A stretch of 64,000 nucleotides of DNA from Prevotella sp. (GTDB lineage: Bacteria > Bacteroidota > Bacteroidia > Bacteroidales > Bacteroidaceae). Below, piece after piece: positions 50,904 to 59,417 of this stretch. A program made the translations under genes and the position numbers. Numbering within the stretch: position 1 is the first letter of the stretch; each line of letters begins with the position of its first letter. The DNA lies in assembly GCA_017518935.1 (NCBI GenBank), contig JAFWTK010000223.1:1503-65502 (forward strand). Direction: 5' to 3'. The notes beneath the pieces are model-generated. The model searched no databases. It had not been told where the DNA came from and worked only from the letters and a program-made list of their open reading frames with translations.

Positions 50904-52334
50904 TTAGAGTTTAATCCCACTAAACTTCTCCTTCAGTTTCTTGACCATTTCCGAAACGTACTCGCTCATCTCCTCCACGGCACCTGTCATCTTTTTATAG
51001 TTAGCCATATCCTGCTCGCTCATGCGATCCATCAGCACCATTGGTTTCGTCTCGCCGGCGAACTGCAAAGCCAAAGCAGGTTGGAACTCCTTTTCATTAA
51101 AGCCCTTCACGACGGTAACCAGACTACCCTGAGCCTTGATGTTGGTGTCCTTGATACCAACGGTATAGTGGAAATGATCGTTCAGTATCTGTGTGTACTT
51201 ATCTACAGCCTCGAAGCCCGGCTGTGTGCCATGCATCTTACGGATATTACCAAGGGCGAGCAGACAAGCAGCCACATCGTCAACACTGACGGTGAAAACA
51301 AGTCTGTTGCCAAGGGTGAACTCAATATCATCCACAGTACTGCCGTTGATGGCCTTCAGCAAGTCGTAGGCCGCAGAGAAGAACGGACCGCAGTCGCGCA
51401 GGCTCTTCAGTTCTTCGCTATCGATGTACTCATCCGAGTAAGGCTTGTTCATGCCCTGTACGATAAGGGCTGCTTTATCAACACCATCAATGCCGAAACC
51501 GACCCCAAAGTCAAATGAACGATCCTTACCGTGGTTGATGAGTGCCTGCAACGTCTCGTTACGACCTTCATAGTCTGCAGTCAGACCACAGACGCCTGTC
51601 CATTGACTGTGCTTGAACGAGATATAGCGCGAGGGAGCATTGGTGCTCAGGAATACGCTACCACTCAATTCAAAACCATAGGCAGTCGAGACGGTGATGT
51701 CAATCTGCTGAGGGAACTGGATACATACGGGCATAACCTTAGCCAGACGGGCAGCGAAGAAACGCACGCCGTCACGCTTGTCCTTGAACTTCAGCGTGAT
51801 ACTTGAACTCTTGCCATCCTTGTCGATGTTCTCGATGCAGAAGCCGTCGTTCTCACTCTGTGTAGCCTTGCCGTCCTTAAAGGTTACCTTCTTCGTGCCG
51901 ATGGTGTTATAGGCATCCACCAGCAGGAAGCCATCCATCTTCTTCACTTCCTCCTCGCTCATATCAAAGCGCTCATTCAGGGTAGTGCTTACTGCCTTGA
52001 ATTCTTCCTCACTCAGATTCTCAAATAATATCGGATCTGTGTTCGTCAGGATATCGGGGATCATGTTCGTCACCTGTTCACCCAGTGCATCCTCATCGAT
52101 CGTCTCAAAGAAGGTGCCGATGGTTACCAGAGCCTGCTTGATGGCGTCAAAGCGTATCTGCTCGGCACTCTTTTGCAAGGCACTCGAGAATTCTTTCTCA
52201 AAGGCTTGTCGGTCTGCATTCACCACGGGCTTTTCGGGCTCCACAGGGTTGTCATTATTGTCACTGCACGATGTCAGCACACTTGCGCCACAGATAAAGG
52301 TCGCGGCAATCACCCAATTAAAAAACTTTCTCAT
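50904..52334 (-). CDS. Hypothetical lipoprotein
   Basis: 476-aa ORF with lipobox LTSC and its own -7 box (TATCTTTG at 52398-52405 on minus). No recognisable domain. Confidence 0.8.
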   Translation of the reverse strand: MRKFFNWVIAATFICGASVLTSCSDNNDNPVEPEKPVVNADRQAFEKEFSSALQKSAEQIRFDAIKQALVTIGTFFETIDEDALGEQVTNMIPDILTNTDPILFENLSEEEFKAVSTTLNERFDMSEEEVKKMDGFLLVDAYNTIGTKKVTFKDGKATQSENDGFCIENIDKDGKSSSITLKFKDKRDGVRFFAARLAKVMPVCIQFPQQIDITVSTAYGFELSGSVFLSTNAPSRYISFKHSQWTGVCGLTADYEGRNETLQALINHGKDRSFDFGVGFGIDGVDKAALIVQGMNKPYSDEYIDSEELKSLRDCGPFFSAAYDLLKAINGSTVDDIEFTLGNRLVFTVSVDDVAACLLALGNIRKMHGTQPGFEAVDKYTQILNDHFHYTVGIKDTNIKAQGSLVTVVKGFNEKEFQPALALQFAGETKPMVLMDRMSEQDMANYKKMTGAVEEMSEYVSEMVKKLKEKFSGIKL

Positions 52335-52477
52335 GTTGATAGAATTAAATGATTAGTAATAAAGTTATCTTTGATGCTATTCTTATTCTTTTGTTTGCAA
52401 AGATAATAAACAAAAACGAAACAGACAAGAAAAACAAAGGAAAATATCAAAATAACATTATACTTTTCTGCTTTTTC

Positions 52478-52509
52478 TTTGGTATTTCGCTTAATTTGCA
52501 CTACCTTTG
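52478..52509 (+). promoter_or_regulatory. Promoter of the DUF59-lpxH-kinase unit
   Basis: TTTG (52478-52481) lies 20 nt before TACCTTTG (52502-52509). Confidence 0.65.
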
Positions 52510-52532
52510 CCGACTGAAACGAAAATGAAGGA

Positions 52533-52853
52533 ATGACGCAAGAGGAAAAGACACTGCTTGAAGAGCGGATTGTGGATGTGCTGAAGACTGTCTATGATCC
52601 GGAGATTCCCGTCAATATCTATGACTTGGGAATGATCTACAAGATTGATGTGCAGGAGGACAGCACGGTGGAGTTGGAGATGACATTTACTGCCCCGAAC
52701 TGTCCTGCGGCGGACTATATCTTAGAAGATGTACGTACGAAAGTGGAGAGTGTCGAGGGCATCAAGGGGGCTAATGTCAACCTCGTCTTTGAGCCAGCCT
52801 GGGACCAGAGTATGATGAGTGAGGAAGCAAGGGTTGAGTTGGGATTTGATTAG
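52533..52853 (+). CDS. DUF59/SufT-like Fe-S cluster assembly protein
   Basis: Motifs VYDPEIPVNIYDLG, TAPNCP and FEPAW. Confidence 0.9.
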   Translation: MTQEEKTLLEERIVDVLKTVYDPEIPVNIYDLGMIYKIDVQEDSTVELEMTFTAPNCPAADYILEDVRTKVESVEGIKGANVNLVFEPAWDQSMMSEEARVELGFD

Positions 52854-52855
52854 TG

Positions 52856-53620
52856 ATGAAGCCGATATATTTCTTGTCTGATGCCCATCTTGGGTCGCTG
52901 GCAGTTCCGCACCAGAGGATGCAGGAGCGACGGCTGGTGCGCTTCCTTGACTCTATTAAGGAAAAGGCGGCTGCCGTCTATCTGCTGGGCGACATGTTCG
53001 ACTTCTGGTACGAATACAAATACGTGGTGCCAAAGGGCTTTACCCGTTTCTTGGGAAAGATCTCAGAGTTGACGGACATGGGTGTCGAGGTGCATTATTT
53101 CACGGGCAATCACGACATCTGGGCTTACGGATACTTAGAGAAAGAGTGTGGTGTCATCCTGCACAAACAGCCCGAGACGACGGAGATCTACGGCAAGATC
53201 TTTTTCCTGGCCCACGGTGACGGACTCGGCGATCCCAACAAGAATTTCAAGTTGATCAAGAGCATCTTCCACAACAAGACCTGTCAGTGGGCTTTCTCCG
53301 CCCTGCACCCCCGTTGGGGCATGTGGTTCGGCCAGCATTGGGCCAAGCACAGTAGGCTGAAGCGCCCCAACAACGAGGAGCCTCCCTATATGGGTGAAAG
53401 TCGCGAGCACCTGGTGCTCTTCACGAAGAAATATATCCAGTATCACTCCAATGTCGATTATTTCATCTATGGGCACCGTCATATTGAGGTAGACCTACAA
53501 CTGACAAAAAAGGCCCGAATGATCATCCTCGGCGACTGGATCAGTCAGTTCTCCTACGTGGTGTACGACGGTGAGCATCTGCTGATGTCGCAATACATTG
53601 AGGGCGAGAGCAGATTGTAA
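52856..53620 (+). CDS. lpxH: UDP-2,3-diacylglucosamine diphosphatase-like metallophosphoesterase
   Basis: Motifs SDAHLG, LGDMFDFW, GNHD, HGD, GHRH and LGDW. Start is ATG 52856 or GTG 52853. Confidence 0.85.
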   Translation: MKPIYFLSDAHLGSLAVPHQRMQERRLVRFLDSIKEKAAAVYLLGDMFDFWYEYKYVVPKGFTRFLGKISELTDMGVEVHYFTGNHDIWAYGYLEKECGVILHKQPETTEIYGKIFFLAHGDGLGDPNKNFKLIKSIFHNKTCQWAFSALHPRWGMWFGQHWAKHSRLKRPNNEEPPYMGESREHLVLFTKKYIQYHSNVDYFIYGHRHIEVDLQLTKKARMIILGDWISQFSYVVYDGEHLLMSQYIEGESRL

Positions 53621-53655
53621 AAGGACTAAGATGTGAGAACTAAGACTTATCTAAT

Positions 53656-54711
53656 ATGAAGAAGATTGTAACTTTCGGAGAGTTGTTGCTCCGATTCTCA
53701 AAGCCCGACCACCTGCGACTGACGCAAGGGGATATGTTCACCAGCAAATATGGTGGCAGCGAAGCCAATGTGGCTGTATCACTGGCCTCGCAGGGCGAGA
53801 ATGTAACCTATATCACCCGCCTGCCAGATACGCCTGTAGGGCATGCCGGGGCGATGAACCTGGCACAACTCGGTGTAGATACAAGTCATGTGCTATATGG
53901 CGGGCAGCGTATCGGCACCTATTACTTTGAGCCACCTGCAGGTATGCGGGCTGCCAAGGTGATCTACGACCGTAGCGGGTCGGCCTACTATGACCTGAAG
54001 CCGGGCATGATTCCCTGGCGCGAAATCCTGAAAGACTGCACCTTCTTCTGCGTATCGGGCATCACAGCCGCCATCTCCCAACAGGCTGCTGCCGCCACCT
54101 TCGAGGCCCTCGACATTGCCGACGAACTGGGCATTACCGTCTGCTTCGACATCAACTACCGTAAGAACCTGTGGAAATACGAGGGGGCGACGCCCCGTGA
54201 GACACTCAGCAAGATGCTCTCCCGTTGCGATATGATGTTTGGCGATGCCATCGAGTTCGACTGGCTCTCACAGCATCCCCAGCCTCCCTTCACGGCTACC
54301 GACTCCAACTTTGAGATGCAGATGAAGGAATACGGCGAGTGGTTCGACGAACTGCATGCCCAGTATCCCCGTCTGAAACACTGGATGATGGGTATGCGTA
54401 ATATCGTATCATCAAGTCATCACACGTTGACAGCCCTGCTCTGGACGGAAGGAAAACTGTTGCAGGCGCCTATCGTTGACATCCCCGATGTGGTGGATCC
54501 CGTTGGTGTGGGCGATGCCTTCATGGGTGGCTGGCTCCATGCCGTCAGTCTCTTCCCCAACGACAGACAGCAGCAACTGAACTACTCGCTCGCTGCCGCT
54601 GCTCTGAAAAACACCATTCCAGGCGACTTCAACCTGTCATCAGAAGAGGAAATTCTTGATGTGATGCAGGGCCGTCACAATGCGACGACCCTCTACAAGA
54701 CAATAGCATGA
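53656..54711 (+). CDS. PfkB-family sugar kinase (KdgK-like)
   Basis: Motifs FGELLLR, GGSEANVA, FDINYR and DPVGVGDAF. Confidence 0.88.
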   Translation: MKKIVTFGELLLRFSKPDHLRLTQGDMFTSKYGGSEANVAVSLASQGENVTYITRLPDTPVGHAGAMNLAQLGVDTSHVLYGGQRIGTYYFEPPAGMRAAKVIYDRSGSAYYDLKPGMIPWREILKDCTFFCVSGITAAISQQAAAATFEALDIADELGITVCFDINYRKNLWKYEGATPRETLSKMLSRCDMMFGDAIEFDWLSQHPQPPFTATDSNFEMQMKEYGEWFDELHAQYPRLKHWMMGMRNIVSSSHHTLTALLWTEGKLLQAPIVDIPDVVDPVGVGDAFMGGWLHAVSLFPNDRQQQLNYSLAAAALKNTIPGDFNLSSEEEILDVMQGRHNATTLYKTIA

Positions 54712-54736
54712 GGGCGTGTCAGTTTGACACACCCTC
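54710..54736. terminator. Hairpin between the convergent kinase and smalltalk genes
   Basis: GAGGGCGTGTCA-GTT-TGACACACCCTC. Confidence 0.65.
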
Positions 54737-54753
54737 TTCTTGGTTAAAATGTA

Positions 54754-54867
54754 TTAGTACAATGGTCCATGCCCCGTGCAACTCGTGGTCGTGATGGCCG
54801 TCAGGAAGGCTGTGAGCGCGGCTACTATCACCTTCACCGCAATCTCAATGAACCCCTTTTTCTTCAT
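54754..54867 (-). CDS. 'Smalltalk'-family small membrane/lipo-peptide (37 aa, not in the ORF track)
   Basis: Manual translation MKKKGFIEIAVKVIVAALTAFLTAITTTSCTGHGPLY*. The hydrophobic core ends in TTSC, and the gene lies directly downstream of an HU-like gene. Confidence 0.8.
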   Translation of the reverse strand: MKKKGFIEIAVKVIVAALTAFLTAITTTSCTGHGPLY

Positions 54868-54870
54868 TTC

Positions 54871-54925
54871 AAATTCCTAATTTCTAATTCCTAATTCTTA
54901 ATTATTAATTCTTAATTATAAATTA
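54871..54925. repeat. Degenerate heptamer tandem repeat (TAATTCC/TAATTTC/TAATTCT)n
   Basis: AAATTCCTAATTTCTAATTCCTAATTCTTAATTATTAATTCTTAATTATAAATTA. A similar tract lies at 47351-47380. Confidence 0.75.
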
Positions 54926-55552
54926 CCCTTCATTGAGGCCGGAACCACCATTGTCATCACCGCCGCCATTGTCCGGGTCAGGGTTGTCGGTGCTTTCGCC
55001 GCCGGTACTAATGTTGCCTGTCCCGCCGGTATTCCCGCCAGAGTTCTCACCGGTGTTCTCGCCCGAGTTACCGCCTGCGGCAAACCCCTCCAGTGCCTTC
55101 TTGTCCTCAGCGATGATGCTCTCTGCCAGGTCGCTCCACTGCAGGATACTGCTTTCCGAGAGTTCCTTGCGGGTGAACTCGCCCGTAGCCTGACAGATCA
55201 TCTTGATGGCCTGGATGCCGACAGGTCGGCCCTGACCGTCCGTGCCGCCGATGGACAGCGTGGCATTGGCGGGACGATTGAAGCCGTGCTCGTTCTCCAC
55301 GCTGGCTTTAAAGATGCCGAGGCCGTCGAACTTCACGGGATAGCCCTCGAGCATCAGTTCCCGTGTGCATCGGGTGGCGCACTGGAGCACGCCCCTCACC
55401 AGGTCCTCCGGGTAGATGGCGTGGTGGTCGTGGATGTGCTGTGCCAGACCTGCGATGTTGATGATCCTGCCGTACTTGGCACGGGGGTACCACTTCTTGT
55501 AGCCTGTGGAATGGGCATTCTGGTTCTGCTTAAGACTTACTGTTACTGCCAT
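54923..55552 (-). CDS. HU-related (histone-like) DNA-binding protein with Gly/Asn-rich tail
   Basis: KKWYPRA, LAQHI and ELMLEGYPVKFDGLGIF are typical of the expanded Bacteroidales HU-like family. Low-complexity tail. Confidence 0.85.
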   Translation of the reverse strand: MAVTVSLKQNQNAHSTGYKKWYPRAKYGRIINIAGLAQHIHDHHAIYPEDLVRGVLQCATRCTRELMLEGYPVKFDGLGIFKASVENEHGFNRPANATLSIGGTDGQGRPVGIQAIKMICQATGEFTRKELSESSILQWSDLAESIIAEDKKALEGFAAGGNSGENTGENSGGNTGGTGNISTGGESTDNPDPDNGGGDDNGGSGLNEG

Positions 55553-55846
55553 AGTTTTTTGATTTTTGATTGTTAATGACTCTTGTTACTTGGAATCGTC
55601 ATCTCGCCGGGCCCTGGTCTGCTTCTGATTTCCGGCTGCAAAGGTACGACAATAATCGTTAGGTTTCCCAAAACCACCCCACCCCGTCAAATCCAAAAAG
55701 TGTTTTGGGAATAATTACTATATCTATCTTTTTGTAAATTCGTTTGCAAAGTTAGTCATTTTTACGAAAGAGCTATAAATTCCCTGTTATATTTCATTGT
55801 TTGGACACACTATTTCTTTCCATTCTTCTTTTTACTGAGTTTCGAA

Positions 55847-56833
55847 TCAGATATTTTGGGGGGATAAACCTGTATCTATACCACTGCTACATTTGCAATC
55901 AGTTAATAATACCAATGTATTGTCTATATCTTTGTATTCTTCTTTTAGTTTTTCGATTTTTGCGATATCACTCCCGTCATTATGAATATCAAACACCCAG
56001 AATACTGACAGACAGGCATTAGTCGCATTTGAGTATTGAACAAACTTTTTCTTGTATTCATGGCGTTTTCTTTCGATTTGAATTTCTTGGTTATGAAGTA
56101 ACTTAAGTTCAACCATTATAGGATTACATAATCCATATCTAATTAGAAAATCTGTACGTTTGTTGTCCTGGAGAGTTACTTCTCTATCTACTCGAACTGC
56201 TTCCAATCCCATTTGGCAACACTTATTTATAATAGTATTTTTCAATTCCCTTTGAATGAAATCTTCACTTAAAGTTTTTTGACGAACTAAGGAATAAATA
56301 CCTTGATCTTGTATCTCTTTTTGAACTTCAGAATGTATCTGGGTAAAATATCTTCTTAAATCATTATCGTTCCGAATTTCAAGATGTGATTCTTCTGTAC
56401 ATTTGTTATACTGCTTTATAGCCTTATCAATCGATGTTTTTTCTTTATTTAAGTACAGCATTTCAGCATTGTTCATGATATTGTTTGCTAAAATACTAAC
56501 ATTAACAGAATTAAACCTCTCTACATTCTTTCTCAATTCTGTAAAATAATAGCCATTGTCAGTATTTACAAAGAAGAGATATATCTGATTAAGGAGATAA
56601 CTTGAGTATTCTTGTGTATCAGGCTTATCACATAATAAAAGTCCTAAATCAAATAGGTCTGCCATTTGTTTATCAAGTTTTTCATTCCCCTTAATGTTCA
56701 TAAAACATCTGAACATTTGCGGATTAGGGTTAATCATTTCAGACTCTTCCAAAGAGATAGCACGAGTATGTCCCGTATCGTTATGAAGAGACTTTACAAC
56801 ATGATTTTTCAGATAATCGATCCTCCATGTCAT
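55847..56833 (-). pseudogene. C-terminal fragment of an NTPase-nuclease; carries a PD-(D/E)xK-like domain
   Basis: Nuclease-like motif DREVTLQDNKRTDFLIRYG...VELKL. The frame stays open upstream of the ATG and overlaps the 78-aa ORF in the +1 frame. Confidence 0.55.
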
Positions 56834-56855
56834 AGATTCTTCGTCTTGGTACTTT

Positions 56856-57092
56856 TCAATCAGTACAAGAAAAAAAAGTTTTTTTGAGAGAATGGTTCTT
56901 TACCTCTTCAAGTAGTCTGCTCTTACCAATACCTGGCTCACCGACAATACAAACGAAGTCTTTTTGAAGCAAATCATCTATTAACAAATTTTCTCCTGCA
57001 TATGACAAAAAACTATCTCTGTTGTTTCTCAACAGGTCATCAATGTTATAGTATTTTATTATTTGTGGTATGATATATTTTATCATCTGCAC
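56856..57092 (-). pseudogene. N-terminal fragment of a P-loop NTPase (Walker A only)
   Basis: CIVGEPGIGKSRLL is followed by a stop about 17 codons later, just after A7 and T8 runs. Confidence 0.6.
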
Positions 57093-57094
57093 AT

Positions 57095-58162
57095 TTATTT
57101 ATAAGAATTATTTAGGAGATTATCCAATTGGGATTGTAATTCCTCGCGATTAGGTAGATAAAGTTGATAGCGTGCAGCAAAAAGTTGATTGTCTATACCC
57201 TGAAGGGCATACTCCATCAACAGTTCATCTTTCCTTGCTCCCAACACAATACCAACAGGTGGATTATCGTCAGGCTGACAAATCTCATTCTTAAAATAAT
57301 TAAGATAGAGATTCATTTGCCCTATATCACCATGCTTTATTTCAGCACGTTTCAGGTCTATCAATACGTAACACTTTAGAATGGCATGATAGAAAACCAA
57401 ATCTACCTTGAATTGTCTTGAGCCAATAGGAATGATATACTGACGACCGATGAAAGCAAATCCTCTACCAAGTTCAAGAAGGAACTGCTCCATATGGGCC
57501 TTCAGTGCAACTTCCAAATCTTTCTCCTTATAGCGCTTCTGTCGAGGAAGTCCAGTAAATTCCAGCACATAAGGATCGCGTATGATGTCTGTTGCAGACT
57601 GTATTTGATGCCCTTCGTTTGCAAGAGCCAATACTCCTTCTTTGTCTGTACTCAGTGCAAGACGCTGAAAGAGCGAAGAATTGATTTGGCGTTTCAGTTC
57701 TCTAACTTTCCATCCTTCTTTGATACATTCCTTCATATAGAATTGCATCTCCAATGGATCGTCGCACTTGAGCAATTCCAAATAATGGCTCCATGTCAAT
57801 TGTCCAGACACTGTTTGGATTTTTGGGAATCTCACATAAAAGAGCCTCATATTGAATAGATTAGACCGAGAATAACCTTTTCCTCGAAGTCTGGTAAGGT
57901 CTTTTGACAAGTTTGTCAGAAGTTGCTTTCCATATTCAGCCTTGACATTACCATGTTGTTCATACTCTACGATATATCGACCTGTCTCCCAACTTGCTTC
58001 AAGCAATTCGGTATTAACAACGGAAGCAGCCTTCTCTCTCGCCTTTTCCCACAATCCTGAAATTTCTGAGACAAGTCTCATATATTCAGAATCATTGTTC
58101 TGCATAATACTCCTTGGTACAATTGCCAAATCTTTTTTTATAGTTTTCTCGTCCATATTCAT
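57095..58162 (-). CDS. YhcG/DUF1016 PDDEXK nuclease-domain protein
   Basis: Motifs WETGRYIVE, LTWSHY, IRDPYVLEF, FLLELGRGFAF, LIDLK and GQMNLY. Start is likely 58162 or 58156. Confidence 0.92.
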   Translation of the reverse strand: MNMDEKTIKKDLAIVPRSIMQNNDSEYMRLVSEISGLWEKAREKAASVVNTELLEASWETGRYIVEYEQHGNVKAEYGKQLLTNLSKDLTRLRGKGYSRSNLFNMRLFYVRFPKIQTVSGQLTWSHYLELLKCDDPLEMQFYMKECIKEGWKVRELKRQINSSLFQRLALSTDKEGVLALANEGHQIQSATDIIRDPYVLEFTGLPRQKRYKEKDLEVALKAHMEQFLLELGRGFAFIGRQYIIPIGSRQFKVDLVFYHAILKCYVLIDLKRAEIKHGDIGQMNLYLNYFKNEICQPDDNPPVGIVLGARKDELLMEYALQGIDNQLFAARYQLYLPNREELQSQLDNLLNNSYK

Positions 58163-58249
58163 ATTTCGTTTGCAAAGACAAAACTTTAAAACCATTGTTC
58201 CAATCATGGTGCCCAAATCTTATTATTTTCAATACTAATATCCATCGCT

Positions 58250-58471
58250 TTATTCTTTCGTCGGGGTTATTAATGTACGTACATCCACATCTAAAACCTT
58301 TGCGATTTCAGCTAATTGTGGAAGAGACGGTTGAACTTTGTTTAAGCACCATCGAGACACGGTGTTTTCACACTTATCTATCTGTTCTGCAAGCCATCGA
58401 CTTGTTTTTCCTTGCTCTACGAGTACAACCTTTATACGGTTATAAAACTCTACTTGTTGATTGTTCGTCAT
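58250..58471 (-). CDS. Small XRE-family HTH regulator
   Basis: NRIKVVLVEQGKTSRWLAEQ...TVSRWCLNKVQPSL. ATG at 58471 with a -7 box TATCTTTG at 58493-58500. Confidence 0.9.
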   Translation of the reverse strand: MTNNQQVEFYNRIKVVLVEQGKTSRWLAEQIDKCENTVSRWCLNKVQPSLPQLAEIAKVLDVDVRTLITPTKE

Positions 58472-58656
58472 AATTTGTTGAATTTTCAGTCGCAAAGATA
58501 CAAAAAAGAAACGAAATAGATGCATAGAATTTCGTTTTTTTCGTTTATAAACAAAAAAAACGATTATTTCATATCTAAGACTATTCTTTTTGTCCCTTTT
58601 GGTGCGAGAACAAAAAGTCACAATACAAAGCCGGAACGATACGCAAAGTCTGATTA

Positions 58657-59358
58657 TTATCTCCTTTGCGTGGCCTCTATTACTTTATTTGTTATCTCCT
58701 GCAGTGTCTCGTCTATTTTCCTGTCAACCTTTTCTATCGGTTCACCGTGGACGATGAGGTTCCTAATTTTGTTGATCTCGAACATCTGGCCTGCTTCATC
58801 TCGGTTAATGATTTCATGAGAAACCAGCATACGAATGATCATAGGAATGGTCACGTGTTGTTCATTCATCTGCTGGATAAAAGGAGCATTTCTTGCTGCT
58901 CTTTCAAAAGCAATAAAATGATTGATAAAATCAGAACTGTCTACTTCACCTGATTTGTATTCACTACTCAGATTAGCAGCAATCTTATTGAAATAATTGG
59001 GGCTTACAGCCTGAAACACATAGCGAAGAGCCCAATAAATAGTGCAAAAATTAAGTACAGCAAAGATGAGAATAGACCATTCTGTCCAACAACAATCCTC
59101 TTCTGTCAGTTTTGTTACGAAAGCCACTAAAAACAAATCGTATATAATAGTAATAGCTGCTAAAACCGCTACAGCTCTCATATTCTTGTAAAGTGCTGTT
59201 TTTGCCGATTCTGCAATTTCTGTCAGGCTCTGATCTGCTCTTACCCGATTATCAATACTTTCTGCCATGAAAAACATGCCAGTAAAAATAATACCCACTA
59301 AGGCTGCTATCGCCTGAGGTGCTGTTGTAAACAGCCAGTACATCGTATTTCCATCCAT
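58657..59358 (-). CDS. Membrane protein (about 3 TM helices) with C-terminal HEPN-like domain
   Basis: Three hydrophobic segments in the N-terminal half. RNLIVH (Rx4H) lies in a helical C-terminus. Confidence 0.6.
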   Translation of the reverse strand: MDGNTMYWLFTTAPQAIAALVGIIFTGMFFMAESIDNRVRADQSLTEIAESAKTALYKNMRAVAVLAAITIIYDLFLVAFVTKLTEEDCCWTEWSILIFAVLNFCTIYWALRYVFQAVSPNYFNKIAANLSSEYKSGEVDSSDFINHFIAFERAARNAPFIQQMNEQHVTIPMIIRMLVSHEIINRDEAGQMFEINKIRNLIVHGEPIEKVDRKIDETLQEITNKVIEATQRR

Positions 59359-59417
59359 ATTGTTAATGCTTTTATTACGCTACATCGTGCCTGCCCCCAT
59401 GTTACATATAGTTCAGG

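Noticed and set aside
491-54081. Numerous 60-250 aa antisense or alternative-frame ORFs overlapping known genes (e.g. 31942-32706, 39998-40720, 22987-23574)
   Set aside because: These are shadow ORFs of well-supported genes, with no motifs or independent signals.
54871-54925. Repeat tract as a CRISPR array
   Set aside because: The units are 7 nt with no spacers, and there are no cas genes.
58472-58621. N-terminal extension of the XRE ORF (123 aa in the track)
   Set aside because: The extension covers the promoter and inverted repeats; the ATG at 58471 gives the typical ~73-aa protein.
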